NCBI GenBank assembly: GCA_964016885.1
Contig: OZ024742.1
Span: 126,480,001-126,544,000 of the forward strand
Origin: Eledone cirrhosa
Taxonomy: Eukaryota
DNA length: 64,000 nucleotides
Direction of reading: 5' to 3'
Position 1 is the stretch's first letter. Each line of letters opens with the position of its first letter. Under the pieces are notes generated by a model. That model was given only the letters and a program-made list of their open reading frames with translations. It ran no database searches and had not been told where the DNA came from. The position numbers were made by a program, and so were the translations under genes. This document shows, piece after piece, positions 1 through 11,802 of the stretch.

Positions 1-203
1 TATCCGCGATCCACAGCCACAGAAGATTTACCTAGTATTTCTAATAGCCCGTAGAAATTGACTAGACATATAACTAACCATACCCAATTAGGTACAAAAT
101 CAAAGTTAGAAGAAAAAATATACATAAACATACCAAAATCATGTTTCTACCCCCGGGGGTTTCATTCGCTTTTTGGAAATATCCGATCATCGATAAATCA
201 TGG

Positions 204-244
<41 letters not shown>

Positions 245-246
<2 letters not shown>

Positions 247-441
247 GGGTGTTTTAAAAAATTTGATATCATTTGAGATATAAATATCCCAGCAACTAAA
301 ATCTAAGACAATTAGGCTGTAGAGCACCATAAGATTTATTCTTCAAAATCTGACATAACACTAATTCACAATATATATTTTAATGTGACAACCATGATAT
401 CAAATTTTGATTTTGAAGAGACCATGTTTTTGAAACACCAT

Positions 442-442
<1 letters not shown>
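245..442. mobile_element. Tc1/mariner-type MITE in a TA tract
   Basis: Left end TA|TAGGGTGTTTTAAAAAATTTGATATCAT. The right end contains ATGATATCAAATTTT (394-408) and TTTTTGAAACACCATG|TA, giving imperfect TIRs of the CAGGGTGT type with TA flanks. Confidence 0.6.
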
Positions 443-489
<47 letters not shown>

Positions 490-791
490 CCTTTTACATA
501 TTCTCTTGTGTCCATGGTCAGTAGATTTAGCTCTCTATTCCGTTCAGCTGTCTGCTTTGTGTAATAATCTGTGAGTTTTACAACACTATACCGAGTTAAA
601 ATAATCTTGCAGGAAAAAAAATACTTTCTGTAGATCAACATCTTATCCTGGGTGCAGGGATTAGTCTCAGCTGTTTAACTGATTAACTCTGCAACCGGAA
701 AACGGAGATAAACTTCAGCTTATGTGTCGTTGTGATGCAGTAAAGAACTATACATTTAGCTTATTTTGAGACACATGATATACGTACATAC

Positions 792-1278
792 ATATACATT
801 ATAGACAGATATATACATCAAGCGTACTTCTATTGCGTGTGTGTATATATATATATAGAAAAAAAGATGAAATCGAAAATGCAACTGGAGTCTTATTTAA
901 AAAAAATATATATATATTTATTTGGTTCCTTTACCGGTTTCGCAGTTCTTCTGCTTTTCAAAAATAGGGTTGAGATGGAGGGTCTGTGGTTTTTCTCACA
1001 TCAGATGTGAGAAAAACCACAGACCCTCCATCTCAACTCTACTTTTGAAAAGCAGAAGAACTGCGAAACCGGTGAAGGAACCAAATAAATATATTTTTTT
1101 TAAAAATAAGACTCCAGTTGCATTTTCGATTTCATCTTTTTTTCTTTATACTTTCACTCGTGTAGGACACCTCGGTTACTTTTCATTTTGTAAAAAAACA
1201 TCACTTTCTAATATAATATATATATATATACACGCAATAGAGGTACGCTTGATGTATCTATCTGTCTATAATGTATAT
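792..1278. repeat. Nested inverted repeats: outer 49-bp arms (792-840/1230-1278) around an inner palindrome (857-1145) with a 3' tail
   Basis: Outer arms ATATACATTATAGACAG..TATTGCGTGT and its reverse complement differ at about 2 positions. The inner arms of about 145 bp are centred on A1003 (CTCACATC-A-GATGTGAG). An unpaired tail runs 1146-1210 into (TA)n. Confidence 0.9.
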
Positions 1279-1526
1279 ATATATATATATACATATATAT
1301 AGTAGAGTAGACTAGAATATATATTTGCCTGATCCAGAAACCTTTTCTTCCGAAGATCACCTAATGCATTTTATAAGCTATTTTATAGCATCCCCGCACA
1401 ACATTCTTTATACTAACTTTATCGCCCTAACGCTCCGTAAAAGTCCGAGAGATTGGTTTCGTATACATGATGTTTGTTCACATTTAAAGGCTGTGATTCA
1501 ATTATCTAATTTAAGATGGTAAGAGT

Positions 1527-1700
1527 TGCCACGGTGCCTTGGTTTAATGGTGTAAGTGCTTAGCTGGTCTCGAGGATATAGAGGGTATGGTTCCTAATAG
1601 AGGCCTATGGCAACTTCTTTTTCCGTCTTTAAAGGTTCATATCCATCCTATTTTATAAGCTATTTTATAGCATTTCTGCTCATGAGCACTATTCTTTATA
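1527..1700 (+). mobile_element. tRNA-derived repeat (third SINE-like family), decayed
   Basis: tRNA-like head (TGGTTTAATGG...GGTTCCT) followed by AACTTCTTTTTCCG and ATTTTATAAGCTATTTTATAGCAT. A homologous reverse copy lies at about 18455-18610. Confidence 0.5.
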
Positions 1701-2291
1701 TGAATGTTTTTTTTTCTGTTTCCTCAGGAGGGAATGTTAGTGCTCATGATTTTTCTCAAGGTCTCTGAGAGCGGAGGTAATTCAACCGGGTAATAGATTA
1801 CTTCTACCACCGAAGTAGGTCCAGGCGAGATTTGGGCTAAGAATGCGAAGAGGCAGAACAAATACCACAAGGTATCCCATCCGAAAATTTCGGCATCCCA
1901 TCGCTTCAGACATATACTTTATCTCTCTCGGAGATCTGCAGCAGAGTGGACTCCGCTAAAAGCAACCAAGGTGCCAGATTCATGGTTAGTTTCTCAGATT
2001 CAGAATTTTCCGTCTTTGGGACCGACACGTCAGGGAAATAAGAGTAACTGAAGGCTAATGGACCAACTGAATTAAATTGATAAGTGTTTAACTGTCAGAT
2101 TAATTGTCCAGTTGTACTGTCGCTAGGAGTTTAAATTACGTCTATTTTGACAGCCGAAGATGAAGTTGATTTCTTATTAATGTCACCATATTTGTATCGT
2201 CTATATACCATCTCGCCCAGTATTCTTCTGTCCGTGTTTGTATTTAATTTTAATTGCACCTGTTGACAATTTTCCTACACGCACCCTTACC

Positions 2292-2336
<45 letters not shown>

Positions 2337-5117
2337 TATAGAAAAGGCTTCTACAGGAATAGAACTGTTTCATTCGGGAGAAATTATCAGGAAGCCGACT
2401 GTCCGATTGAACCCGGGATAAAATTATATATATATATAACACAAACACGCACAACGTTCCAGGTTTGATCCCATTGTGTGGCATCTTGAGCATGCGTCGT
2501 TTACCAGAGTTTCATGTCGACCCACGTACAATTCGTGAAATCTGTTTAAGTGTCCGTTAAATTGACTGCACCCGTCACTTAATAAGCCAGCCTTGTCACA
2601 TTGTCTGAAGATGAACTTTTTGAGAATTGCGTGTCTGTAGAATACTCTGCCACCAACACAATTTCACGAGTTGGTTGTTCAGTTGATCGAACAACTAGAG
2701 CATTTGTCGAAAATGGCACAGGTCCATTTACAGTGTAGTTATTTTGTATTTTGGTTACCCAATTTGATCGTAGAGGCAGCAAGTGGACTGTAGTGACAGA
2801 GGTATTTACATTGTGACATATGTCTTAATGGGACTGAACTATTTATGACGTACACTACAAGAAGTATAACTGATGTTTTTATATCGGCATACAATTTACC
2901 GAAAAAGGAAATTAAAATGAGATTTAGTGATATTCTTGCTTTTCTCAGTGCATGAATATCATGTACTTGAAATAGCTTTAGCCCGGAATTAATTCCCGGT
3001 TACTGTTTGAATATGCCCAGATCTCATATCTATGAGACATGCAATTAAAGGATTAAGCATAATTATGTGAAGAAATAAGAGGCAGAGAAGATTTACAAGA
3101 AGAAAACAAAGAAAGCAAATAGCATATGCAGCACTAGCAGGCATAATGCCAATAATGTTTTTAAATGAATCTTGTTAAAAATTTCAAGATATTGCTGAGC
3201 TATTTTGGTAAGATGGTATCAAATTTGTCATTATGTTGTCTAGAACCATCTATGAAAAGTAAATCCATAGCATTTTTTAAAAACAAAATAAACCAAAAAT
3301 ATAGTTATAAGACCCTGTAGCTTACTTGAAACATAGGAAAATATTATCATAGAATTGTAATGAGAGCCACAACAATGTCGAGAAATGAGCAGAATTAATT
3401 AACTCAACATTTTGTAAAACGAATAATTAAAAAATATAAATGTAATGCTTTGCGGTATTTGTTCCGAGTTCAAATTTGGCTTTATCTTTCAAGGTCGATA
3501 AGTACCGTACCAGTGCAGGGCTGGATTGACGGAATTCCTTTGAACGCCAGGCGAAATGTTTTGAGATATTTGTTTCGGTACTATGAGGTTTGTGTTCAAA
3601 TCCCGCCTCCTGTCACCAGAAATGCAGTGATGCAGTGATGCTTCTGTCAGTAGTTGCAACCAATATACACTACTAGCATTGGAAAGACCAACAGAAGCAA
3701 TTTCCTTGGTACGATCCGGAAAATCGGCTTCTTTTATTTGATTAATGCTTAAAAATCACAAAATCGGTGTAGAATTGAGAGAGAATATATACAGATCTAT
3801 AAAAATAAGTCTCCATTAAAGACTATTTTTAAGTAGAGTTTTTCTTTATAGAAAATCAGACCTAAGACCTCCGCTATTTGGGCAAAGTAACAAAGAATTC
3901 GAGATTGTCTTGACCACATAGCTTTTTATATGCTTGAAATGCATGCTATCCCAACACTAAATATATATTGTAATGTTAAATATATGTTCCATCATTTTCT
4001 CTGTACCACAAGAAGTAAACCATATTTCTAATTAAAGACACTGACTTTCATCTTTAAAATAATTAAAAATAAAAAAAAAATTAGTAATATACCTTTCTCC
4101 TTATTTAGTGGGTGTTTCGTACCTGGAACCTGACTTAAAGGTTCTTACATAATATGATGACGGAAGGTTTTTAGATAAACATTTTAAATAAACAGATTTG
4201 TATAATAAAATCAAGGTTTTTTTTTAGACCGTTTAGTACAAATTGCATTGATGGAGGGTTACTTAGGCAATTAAAAATCCATTGCGTTTGAAAAAAAATA
4301 ACTAGAATTATTTTCATCCGACTGAGATAGAGTGTTGTTGGAATTATAATCGTAACTTGGAAAATTGTATGTTACTTTGGTACTAACCAGTCCCAAGAAA
4401 ATGGAATGATCATGGACAAAATAGCTTTAATCATAGGTTTACTTGACCAGAAAATAAACAATAACAGCAACAAGAATGTAAAAAAAAAAAAACGACAAAT
4501 AAAAAAGATAGAAAGAGGTGAAATACATACAAGGATGGTTCGTCCATGACTTTGCGACATTTGGTGACTCCATAAAGCAAACTGCCTGTTAAGCCGCCAA
4601 GTCCCAGTAGTAATATAATCCAAGCAATGAGGGACGCGCAGGGAACATGTGACAGACATGTTAAGAACTTGTCACAGCAGTTCTCTTTGCGGGCTGAAAA
4701 CGAATCAGAAAAAAAATTATTATTATTATTATTATTATTATATTCATATTGTTATATTAATATTAACAATCAGTTTTATATTCAAATTCCAAGCATTGCA
4801 CTTATGTTTATTATATAGTTATACACTGAAGACAATTTAAAGATCGCTAATGTGCGTGTGCGTGTGTGAAAAGTGAACCAGGAAAAACAATGAGAGAAAA
4901 TACAATACAATGGTTATATATATATACACACACACAAGTTTAAACGCTATATATCTAAGTTATATATCGATTGAGAAACTATTAGTATTTTGTACATATA
5001 TATACAAAACAATTGATGCTCTGAACTTATGTTCACGGATCTTTTTTTATTGAGAAACAATCGATATATATTTTTTATAGGTATCGATTAAACCTCTCTC
5101 TATATATATATAGTTAT

Positions 5118-5378
5118 TAAGTCCAATTACTACAACGGCGCCATTCCAAGTGCGTACGTTTCATTAGCCCTGAGGATCAACTTGTTCAACCTGTGCCGAA
5201 GAAAATGAACCTGAAATATTCATCTAAACAGGTTGAACAAGTTGGTCACCAGAGCTAACGAAACATACGTACCTGGTATGGCACCATTGTAGTAATTGGC
5301 CTTATTATATTCAAACTTACCATACGGACTTGAGTTGCTCTATACCTTGGATATTTTTACCTAACTATTACTACTGTT
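5118..5378. repeat. Imperfect fold-back element in a TA tract with a 3' tail
   Basis: Arms 5118-5194 and 5228-5304 (e.g. CCAATTACTACAA/TTGTAGTAATTGG, CAACTTGTTCAACCTGT/ACAGGTTGAACAAGTTG). GTTTC and GAAAC flank the centre, and the tail runs into (TA)n. Confidence 0.8.
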
Positions 5379-5922
5379 ATATATATATATATATATATAT
5401 ACCTTCGCATCTCTATATTTTAACCACTTTCAATAATTTTTATATGTTTAAATTTCTTCGCACATTTTACTTATTTTCATATTTCATATTTTGTATCATA
5501 CTCGATATAATTTGTTTAGTTATTCATTTATTTATTTACATTTATTCATGTATTAACATTTATTCATTTATTGTTGATATCATTTTTTTCTCTTACGTCA
5601 TTTCTCCTCTATCCCTTTCTACCCTCCTTTCTCTACATCTTTTTTCTCTATATCTTTCTCTGTTTTCATTTCTCCTTTTTCTTTTTCCTTTATCTATCTC
5701 TTTCTTTTGTTCTCTCTCTATCGTTATTACTAATATTATTATTGATGCTGTAATTTGAATTTGTAGATTTGCCGGATATATATATATTTTTTTATAACAG
5801 TTTCTGATGAGATGCTTCTAGTGTTCAACAATTTTTAGACAACTCAATCAGAGAAACAATTGTTAGACTAAATAAATTCCCCTTTTTTGTGCTGTTGACC
5901 ATGTTATTCTTCACATTTTTTC

Positions 5923-5953
<31 letters not shown>

Positions 5954-6126
5954 GGTATAACGCTTGATATAGTAGGAAAAGAGTCTTAACGTTTCGGACG
6001 TTAGTCCATGATCGGAAAATAGAATTAGAGATAGAAGGAAAGGAAATCTGAAAAAAAAAATTATATGAGGAAAGCACGCATGTGTTTAGCCAGCCATTTT
6101 GAAAAAGTGATAAATACACAAACACA

Positions 6127-6327
6127 GTGGATTGGCAGAATCGGTAGAGGGTCGGACACCATGCTTTGCAGCATAGAGTTACGGCCCTTTATGATCTGAG
6201 TTCAAATCCCGCCAAGGTTAACTTTGCCTTTCATCCTTACGGGGTCGATAAAATAAAGTACCAGTCGTGCACTGGGGTCGATTTAATCGACTTTCCCCCT
6301 CCCTTAAAATTGCTGGCCTTGTGCCTA
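6127..6327 (+). mobile_element. tRNA-headed SINE (family 1, long subfamily)
   Basis: A-box-like TGGCAGAATCGG, B-box GAGTTCAAATCCC, body GCCTTTCATCCTTACGGGGTCGATAAAATAAAGTACCAG, GTCGATTTAATCGAC hairpin, tail TTGCTGGCCTTGTGCC. Confidence 0.9.
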
Positions 6328-6389
6328 TATATATATATATATATAGACTTCTCTGATAATTTCAAACGAATAAATTAGTTCTAGTCTTG

Positions 6390-7183
6390 TAAATGTCATT
6401 TCTATAAGAAAATAATCAAGAATGTGAGGGGAATTTGTAACAATTAATTTTCTCATTATTCAGTTGGTGTTTAGAGCATACCCTGAACAAAGGTTATCTA
6501 TATATATAAAACTGAGGATGTCTGTCTGTGTGTGTGTGTGTGTGTGTGAGTTTGAATCCCCAAAACTCGAGAAACAACCAACCGACTGTTTTCAAACTTT
6601 ACACATGTAATACTTATGTTTCAGGGAGTGTTCTGAGCAAAAGAAATTTCAAAATTTCAATGTCCTAGGGACCGCATTAGGTGATCTCTCTCTATAATTC
6701 TTAGTCTTTCTCTTTTTAGATAGATACATACATATAACGTCGCGCCCTTATAATATCTGTATGTCTGGCTGTGTGCATTACGTCACTTCCTACAATTCGC
6801 TCTGCGTCCAGAACGCTCCCTTATAATATCTGTCTGTATATCTGGCTGTCTGCTGCCTCCGGTTATTCTTCCACCCTTGCTCAAGACAAATCTCACACCC
6901 ATTCCCCAAACAGTTGGTAAGTGCACACAACTTCCTCACTTTTTAAGCCACAGTGTTGCTTACTTACGTACCACCAGACCCTTACTTCTTTGCCAGCCGT
7001 GGTTGTGGCAATACTAAGCTTAGCTATATTTCACAATACCTTATCCCGTGCAACGCCGGGTACCACTACTAGTTTTATATAAAATTATGATGGAAGGATT
7101 TTAGATAAATATAAACACTTCAAAGCAGTTTTGCAGTGTAGAAGCAAGGTCGGTTTCAGGGGCTTTAATATCAAAAGGGTTAA
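6390..7183. mobile_element. piggyBac-like MITE fragment interrupted by a Helitron
   Basis: Ends in ATATCAAAAGGG|TTAA (CCCTTT TIR plus TTAA). Similar sequence occurs at about 4010-4270, 49270-49627 (ending GGTATCAAAAGGTTTAA) and 63130-63320. The left boundary is uncertain. Confidence 0.5.
6497..7072 (+). mobile_element. Non-autonomous Helitron
   Basis: Starts A|TCTATATATATAAAA and ends with the hairpin CCCGTGCAACGCCGGG plus TACCACTACTAG|T. It is inserted between A and T with no TSD and has an internal repeat CCCTTATAATATCTGT x2. Confidence 0.85.
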
Positions 7184-8611
7184 GAAAAAGAAATACATTT
7201 TTGTATTCGAAGTTGAACTCTTAGAGGGAAAGAGCGATTTAGGTACATACATACTGAAGCTATATATTTAAAATAACCCTTAGAAGATTAATCTACTCGA
7301 GAATATGCTTCATTTCTGCCAGTGAAGCTGACCTAGCAGATGGATGGTGAAATATTAGATCGAAAGACTGATCTGGGCAAATACTGAGACTAAAATATTC
7401 TAAAGAACTTTTAGCAGATTAATCTATTTGAACATTTACCAAAATAATTAATTGCCTTCCTAAGCGGAAGTATATTTCTTTTCGCTGGATATATGAAACT
7501 TCCTTCCAGGAAGAAAACAAAAACAAAACAGGAGACAAAATAAAATAAAAGCGTACTTGGAACTTCGCCGTAACTGGTTCAATATTTTATTCTTATTCCT
7601 ACAGTTACTACTGACTACTAAGATTTCAATGTAAATTATGTTCGACATAAGCACCAATTTGTAACAAAGAAGAGCAAATAACTCCTCTTGACTGGACTTG
7701 AACAAGTTATCTATCGTTTGCCAGGCGACTATGTAACCTAATTGTTACACTTACAAAGAGATAATTTACTCTCCTTAAAGTAGGCATCACAAACTGTTTC
7801 TGGTATTTGATCTATGTAAAAACTAGCAATCTGAGAGAGATGGAGAGAGAGAGATGGAGAGATGGAGAGAGAGAGAGAGAGAGAGAGAAAGAAAGAGAGG
7901 GGGAGACATTTTGGAGCCGAAATGATTTTATTAATTGCAGTTTAAATTAACTGCTAATATTTGGAGATTAAACTAGTCATTTAGTTCAAAATCCCTAGAC
8001 GACGGGGGCGATGATATAGAAACCAAGAACCATGGTATTGAAAGCGAGGACGAGGAGGTAGAAAGCGATACGAGTTTCTGCCGATCAGAGCATGCAATTT
8101 GGTTTCGATTCCAGAAGAAGCTAATCAATGTTCAGTTATATTACTGATACGATTCGAAAAAAGAACCAATCCCTATTCAAATTGAGGTTACAAGTTTTGC
8201 CAAAACAATTAGCTGAATTGTAAACATCCGACTGACTTACGAAACGTTGGGAAATTTGAAAATGTAGTTACCCCATTGTAATAATAGTTGACTACTATAA
8301 TTGATAGTTGAATAAATCGAGGGAAATAACCCTGTAGATGAAAAGAAATTGGACAGACATCCTCTTTAGGAAAAGAAACCGATTGTAAGAAAATGTTTTT
8401 TAAATAGCCAATTATATTGATTATTACCATAGACACAGAGCCACCGGCTGTTTAATCGACTCAGTGTATAACTGGTACTTAATTTATCATCTTCCGGAAG
8501 AATGCTATGCAATGGACATCTGTTTACTACATAGAATGTTATCCAAGATCAATATATGGTATTCTGTAGTTCAGACTTGCCTAGACAAGACATTGCAGTC
8601 ACTATTAACAT

Positions 8612-8794
8612 AATTGTTTCTACTTTTTGGTACAAGGCCAGCAAATATCCCAGTGTATTACTGGTACTTTATTTTATCGACCCCGTAAGGATGAAAGGCA
8701 AAGTTAACCTCGGCGGGATTTGAACTCAGATCATAAAGGGCCGTAACTCTTTGCTGCAAAGCATGGCGTCCGACCCCCTACCGATACTGCCAAT
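8612..8794 (-). mobile_element. SINE family 1 (short subfamily) with TSD
   Basis: Reverse complement of the family consensus; TSD ATTAACATAAT at 8604-8614 and 8793-8803. Confidence 0.9.
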
Positions 8795-9786
8795 TAACAT
8801 AATACATTCTATACATTTCTTATACTTCCTTGGTGCATAGTTAGTTGTGCATAAAAGGCGCATGCATGTGTGTATATATGCGTGTGTTTAGAATACGGTG
8901 GCGATAGAAAATTTGAAAATTGAATAAGCTTTCGCCGTATTTTGACTACAGAAAATAGTCTAACAAGGGATATCAGTTTGGTACCACTGCCACTCCACCC
9001 CAAACACTACATGTAAGTGTAATTTGCCTCTCATTTATCTTCTTTTTTCGCGATAATGAATTTTAAGTGTTCTCTGTGGAGAAAATGATTCTGACTTCTC
9101 TATCTAAATATCTACCCCCACACGCCACCTCTCAATGTAGGTTTCAATCTACCCTCCCTGTTTTCTATTTCTATATCTCCTTCAGTTTCTCTAGATATTT
9201 ACTCTAACCACCACTATTCCCCCCACCTCTTTCTCTTTATATATATATATATAAATTGCTACCTCTTCTCCGCCTTTATCTATAACGATGCCTCCACCTC
9301 CCCACTCTCTCATTTCATCTCATCTTATCTCAAGGGATGCCCGCCACTCCAGTTTCCGGATAACTTCAACCTGTCGTCTTGTCTTAATTAAAGCAGGCAC
9401 AGACTTCACTCCCAAACCTGTCTCTGTATACAGCCTCTCAACTTTACTCCCCCCTCTCTCTCTCTCTCTCCCTAGACACCAACACCACCGCCACCCTCAC
9501 AGTATCATCTCAATATACCTTTGCACTCTCCCTCAATTGTCCACACGTAATTGACTAGTAAATAAAACTAGTTTTGCCAGATATGTATCTTTTAGAATAT
9601 TTCCTACTACCGCCACATGTACATCACAGACAGACTATCTCTATCGGCCTGTTGCTGTGGTTTAACCAGAGGCATAACCAAGGAAAATAGTACCTATGCC
9701 AGTGAAACATCTGATCCCATCTTTCAGATAACCATAAAATCAGCTCAAAAATATCAATCGCATTCGTTTATTTTTTAATTGAAAAT

Positions 9787-9975
9787 AATTGTTTCTACAT
9801 TTGGCACAAGGCCAGCAATTATCCAGTGCATTACTGGTACTTTATGTTATCGATCCCGTAAGGATGAAAGGCAAAGTTAGCCTTGGCGGGATTTGAACTC
9901 AGACCATAAAGGGCCATAACTCTTTGCTGCAAAGCATGGCGTCCGACCCTCTACCGATACTGCCAATTCACCGCC
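9787..9975 (-). mobile_element. SINE family 1, full length
   Basis: TGTTTCTACATTTGGCACAAGGCC...GGATGAAAGGCAAAG...GGGATTTGAACTC...CTGCCAATTCACCGCC. Confidence 0.9.
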
Positions 9976-10378
9976 ATAATACATGAAAATTACAACTGCA
10001 TCTTCCTTGCTTTTACTGATGCAACTTTGTCTATTATGTGGTCAAAGTTGCACTTTAATAAAAAGTGCTCCCAGTCCAAGTGGCGCACATGGCACGTACC
10101 ATCCTTGCTATACTTTAGTTAACCCAATGTCAGCTTCTAATAGAGCAGACCTATGATCAAAAATATTTCAGCTGCGACTATGCTGTCTTTTCAAACATTG
10201 TATATAGTACTATGTGACCTAAACATGTCCTTCCTCATATATATTTTAAGGTATGTTTTGGGGGAAGATGTGGTTATTATTTCTAGCAGCTCGAACGACC
10301 GCGTTAAGAGACTACATTGTTGGTTGCTACAGCTAAGCCAAAAGTTTTCTATAGTCGATAATATCTATAAATCTATGA

Positions 10379-10650
10379 CAGGGGTCTCAAACACGCTACC
10401 CGCAACCCAAAACTTTCGTGATTAATTAAAGAAAATTGGAAACAAAACTTTTCCCCCTACATTTTGTACTAATTTACATATTTTACTTACATGTGCATCC
10501 ATTTTGATAAAGAAATAGCAGCCTATCAGCTGTATTTCAGATTAACATTATAACTGGTGGAAATTAGCCCTCCACTATGTTAATTTTGGCCCGTTGTGTC
10601 TTTCCCAGGAGGTAATGGTTCCTTTTGAGTTCTTGATTTTGAAACCCCTA
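10379..10650. mobile_element. hAT-superfamily MITE
   Basis: TIRs CAGGGGTCTCAAA / TTTGAAACCCCTA with an exact 8-bp TSD ATCTATGA (10371-10378, 10651-10658). Confidence 0.85.
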
Positions 10651-10737
10651 ATCTATGATATCCTCGACAACTCTGTTCTCTTATTTATCTGATCATAGAT
10701 CTGCCCGATTTATGGCTGACACGTGGCTTAACAACAT

Positions 10738-10923
10738 TGGATTGGCAGTATATAGTAGAGGGTCGGACGCCGTGCTTTGACGCATAGAGTTACTGCCCTT
10801 GCCTTTCTGAGTTCAAATCCCGCCGAGGTTAACTTTGCCTTTCATCCTTATGGGGTCGATAAAATATAGTACCAGTAATGCACTGGGTAATTGCTGGCCT
10901 TGTGCCAAAAAGTAGAAACAATT
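10738..10923 (+). mobile_element. SINE family 1, full length
   Basis: A and B boxes, conserved body and GCCAAAAAGTAGAAACAATT tail. Confidence 0.9.
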
Positions 10924-11235
10924 AATGTTCTTCCCCTTTTTTTAAGCAAGTGTAAATTGGGGGAGAATTGGTGCTTATTTCTAGCAGATCAAGCGTTTCA
11001 TTTTAGCCGAAACCCAATACAAACCAAACAATGACAGCCAGGTAGAAACGATAGAGCTATAGGCAGACTAAGACTAGGTTATTCTATGTTTGCTATTCTG
11101 ATTACATTAAAAACGTTGTTTTTCAAGCTGCAGTCATCCTCCTCCACTATAACACATTGCCAGCTATTTGGTAAGGTTAATACATTCGATTGTACACCTC
11201 ACACATTACTGATGTACCATGAGAAATTATTAGTG

Positions 11236-11416
11236 ATAGATTGACAGAGAGGTTAGAGCGTCGGACAAAATGCATTACAATATTTGTTCCGGCTCTTTAG
11301 GCACCGAGTTCAAATCTCAGCAAAGCAAACTTTGCTTTTCATCCTGCTGGGGTGGTTTTAATTGACTCTGGCCAGCTCCAAATTGATGGCCTTGTGCCTA
11401 ATTTAGAAATTATTAT
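11236..11416 (+). mobile_element. SINE family 1, older diverged copy
   Basis: GTTAGAGCGTCGGACAAAATGC...GAGTTCAAATC...TTTGCTTTTCATCC...GGCCTTGTGCCTAATTTAGAAATT. Confidence 0.75.
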
Positions 11417-11529
11417 TGTTTTTCAACGTTCTGGGGTCGAAAACTACACATAAGTGAGACAACCCATCATATATACATAATTTTGTTGGGTTCAAGCCAA
11501 GTCAGATATGTTTTCTGTTGTGTGTGTAT

Positions 11530-11562
<33 letters not shown>

Positions 11563-11802
11563 GTAAAGAATATACATCTTTATTCATCACCATCCATCAT
11601 CTCGTTATTACCAACTATCTAACTGTTTTCTTGTCTAATGGAATACATTGAAATAATACAAGCAGCAACCACCCTTATCACCTTGATACCCTATCATAAA
11701 TCATTCTAGTTAATATTTCGTAATTAACAATTTTTTTACAATTTATGTCATGTGCATCACATGTGTGTGTGCGCGCGTGCGTGCGTGCGTGTATGTATGC
11801 AT

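Noticed and set aside
2579-2782. 67-aa ORF in non-repetitive sequence as an exon
   Set aside because: No recognisable domain or convincing splice sites; not supportable without a search.
6127-6210. Functional tRNA genes at A/B-box matches
   Set aside because: All continue into SINE bodies, have extended A-B spacing and lack a cloverleaf.
7990-8400. Acidic peptide (DDGGDDIE..ESEDEEVESD), possibly a transposase N-terminus
   Set aside because: Short, interrupted by stops, and without a catalytic motif.
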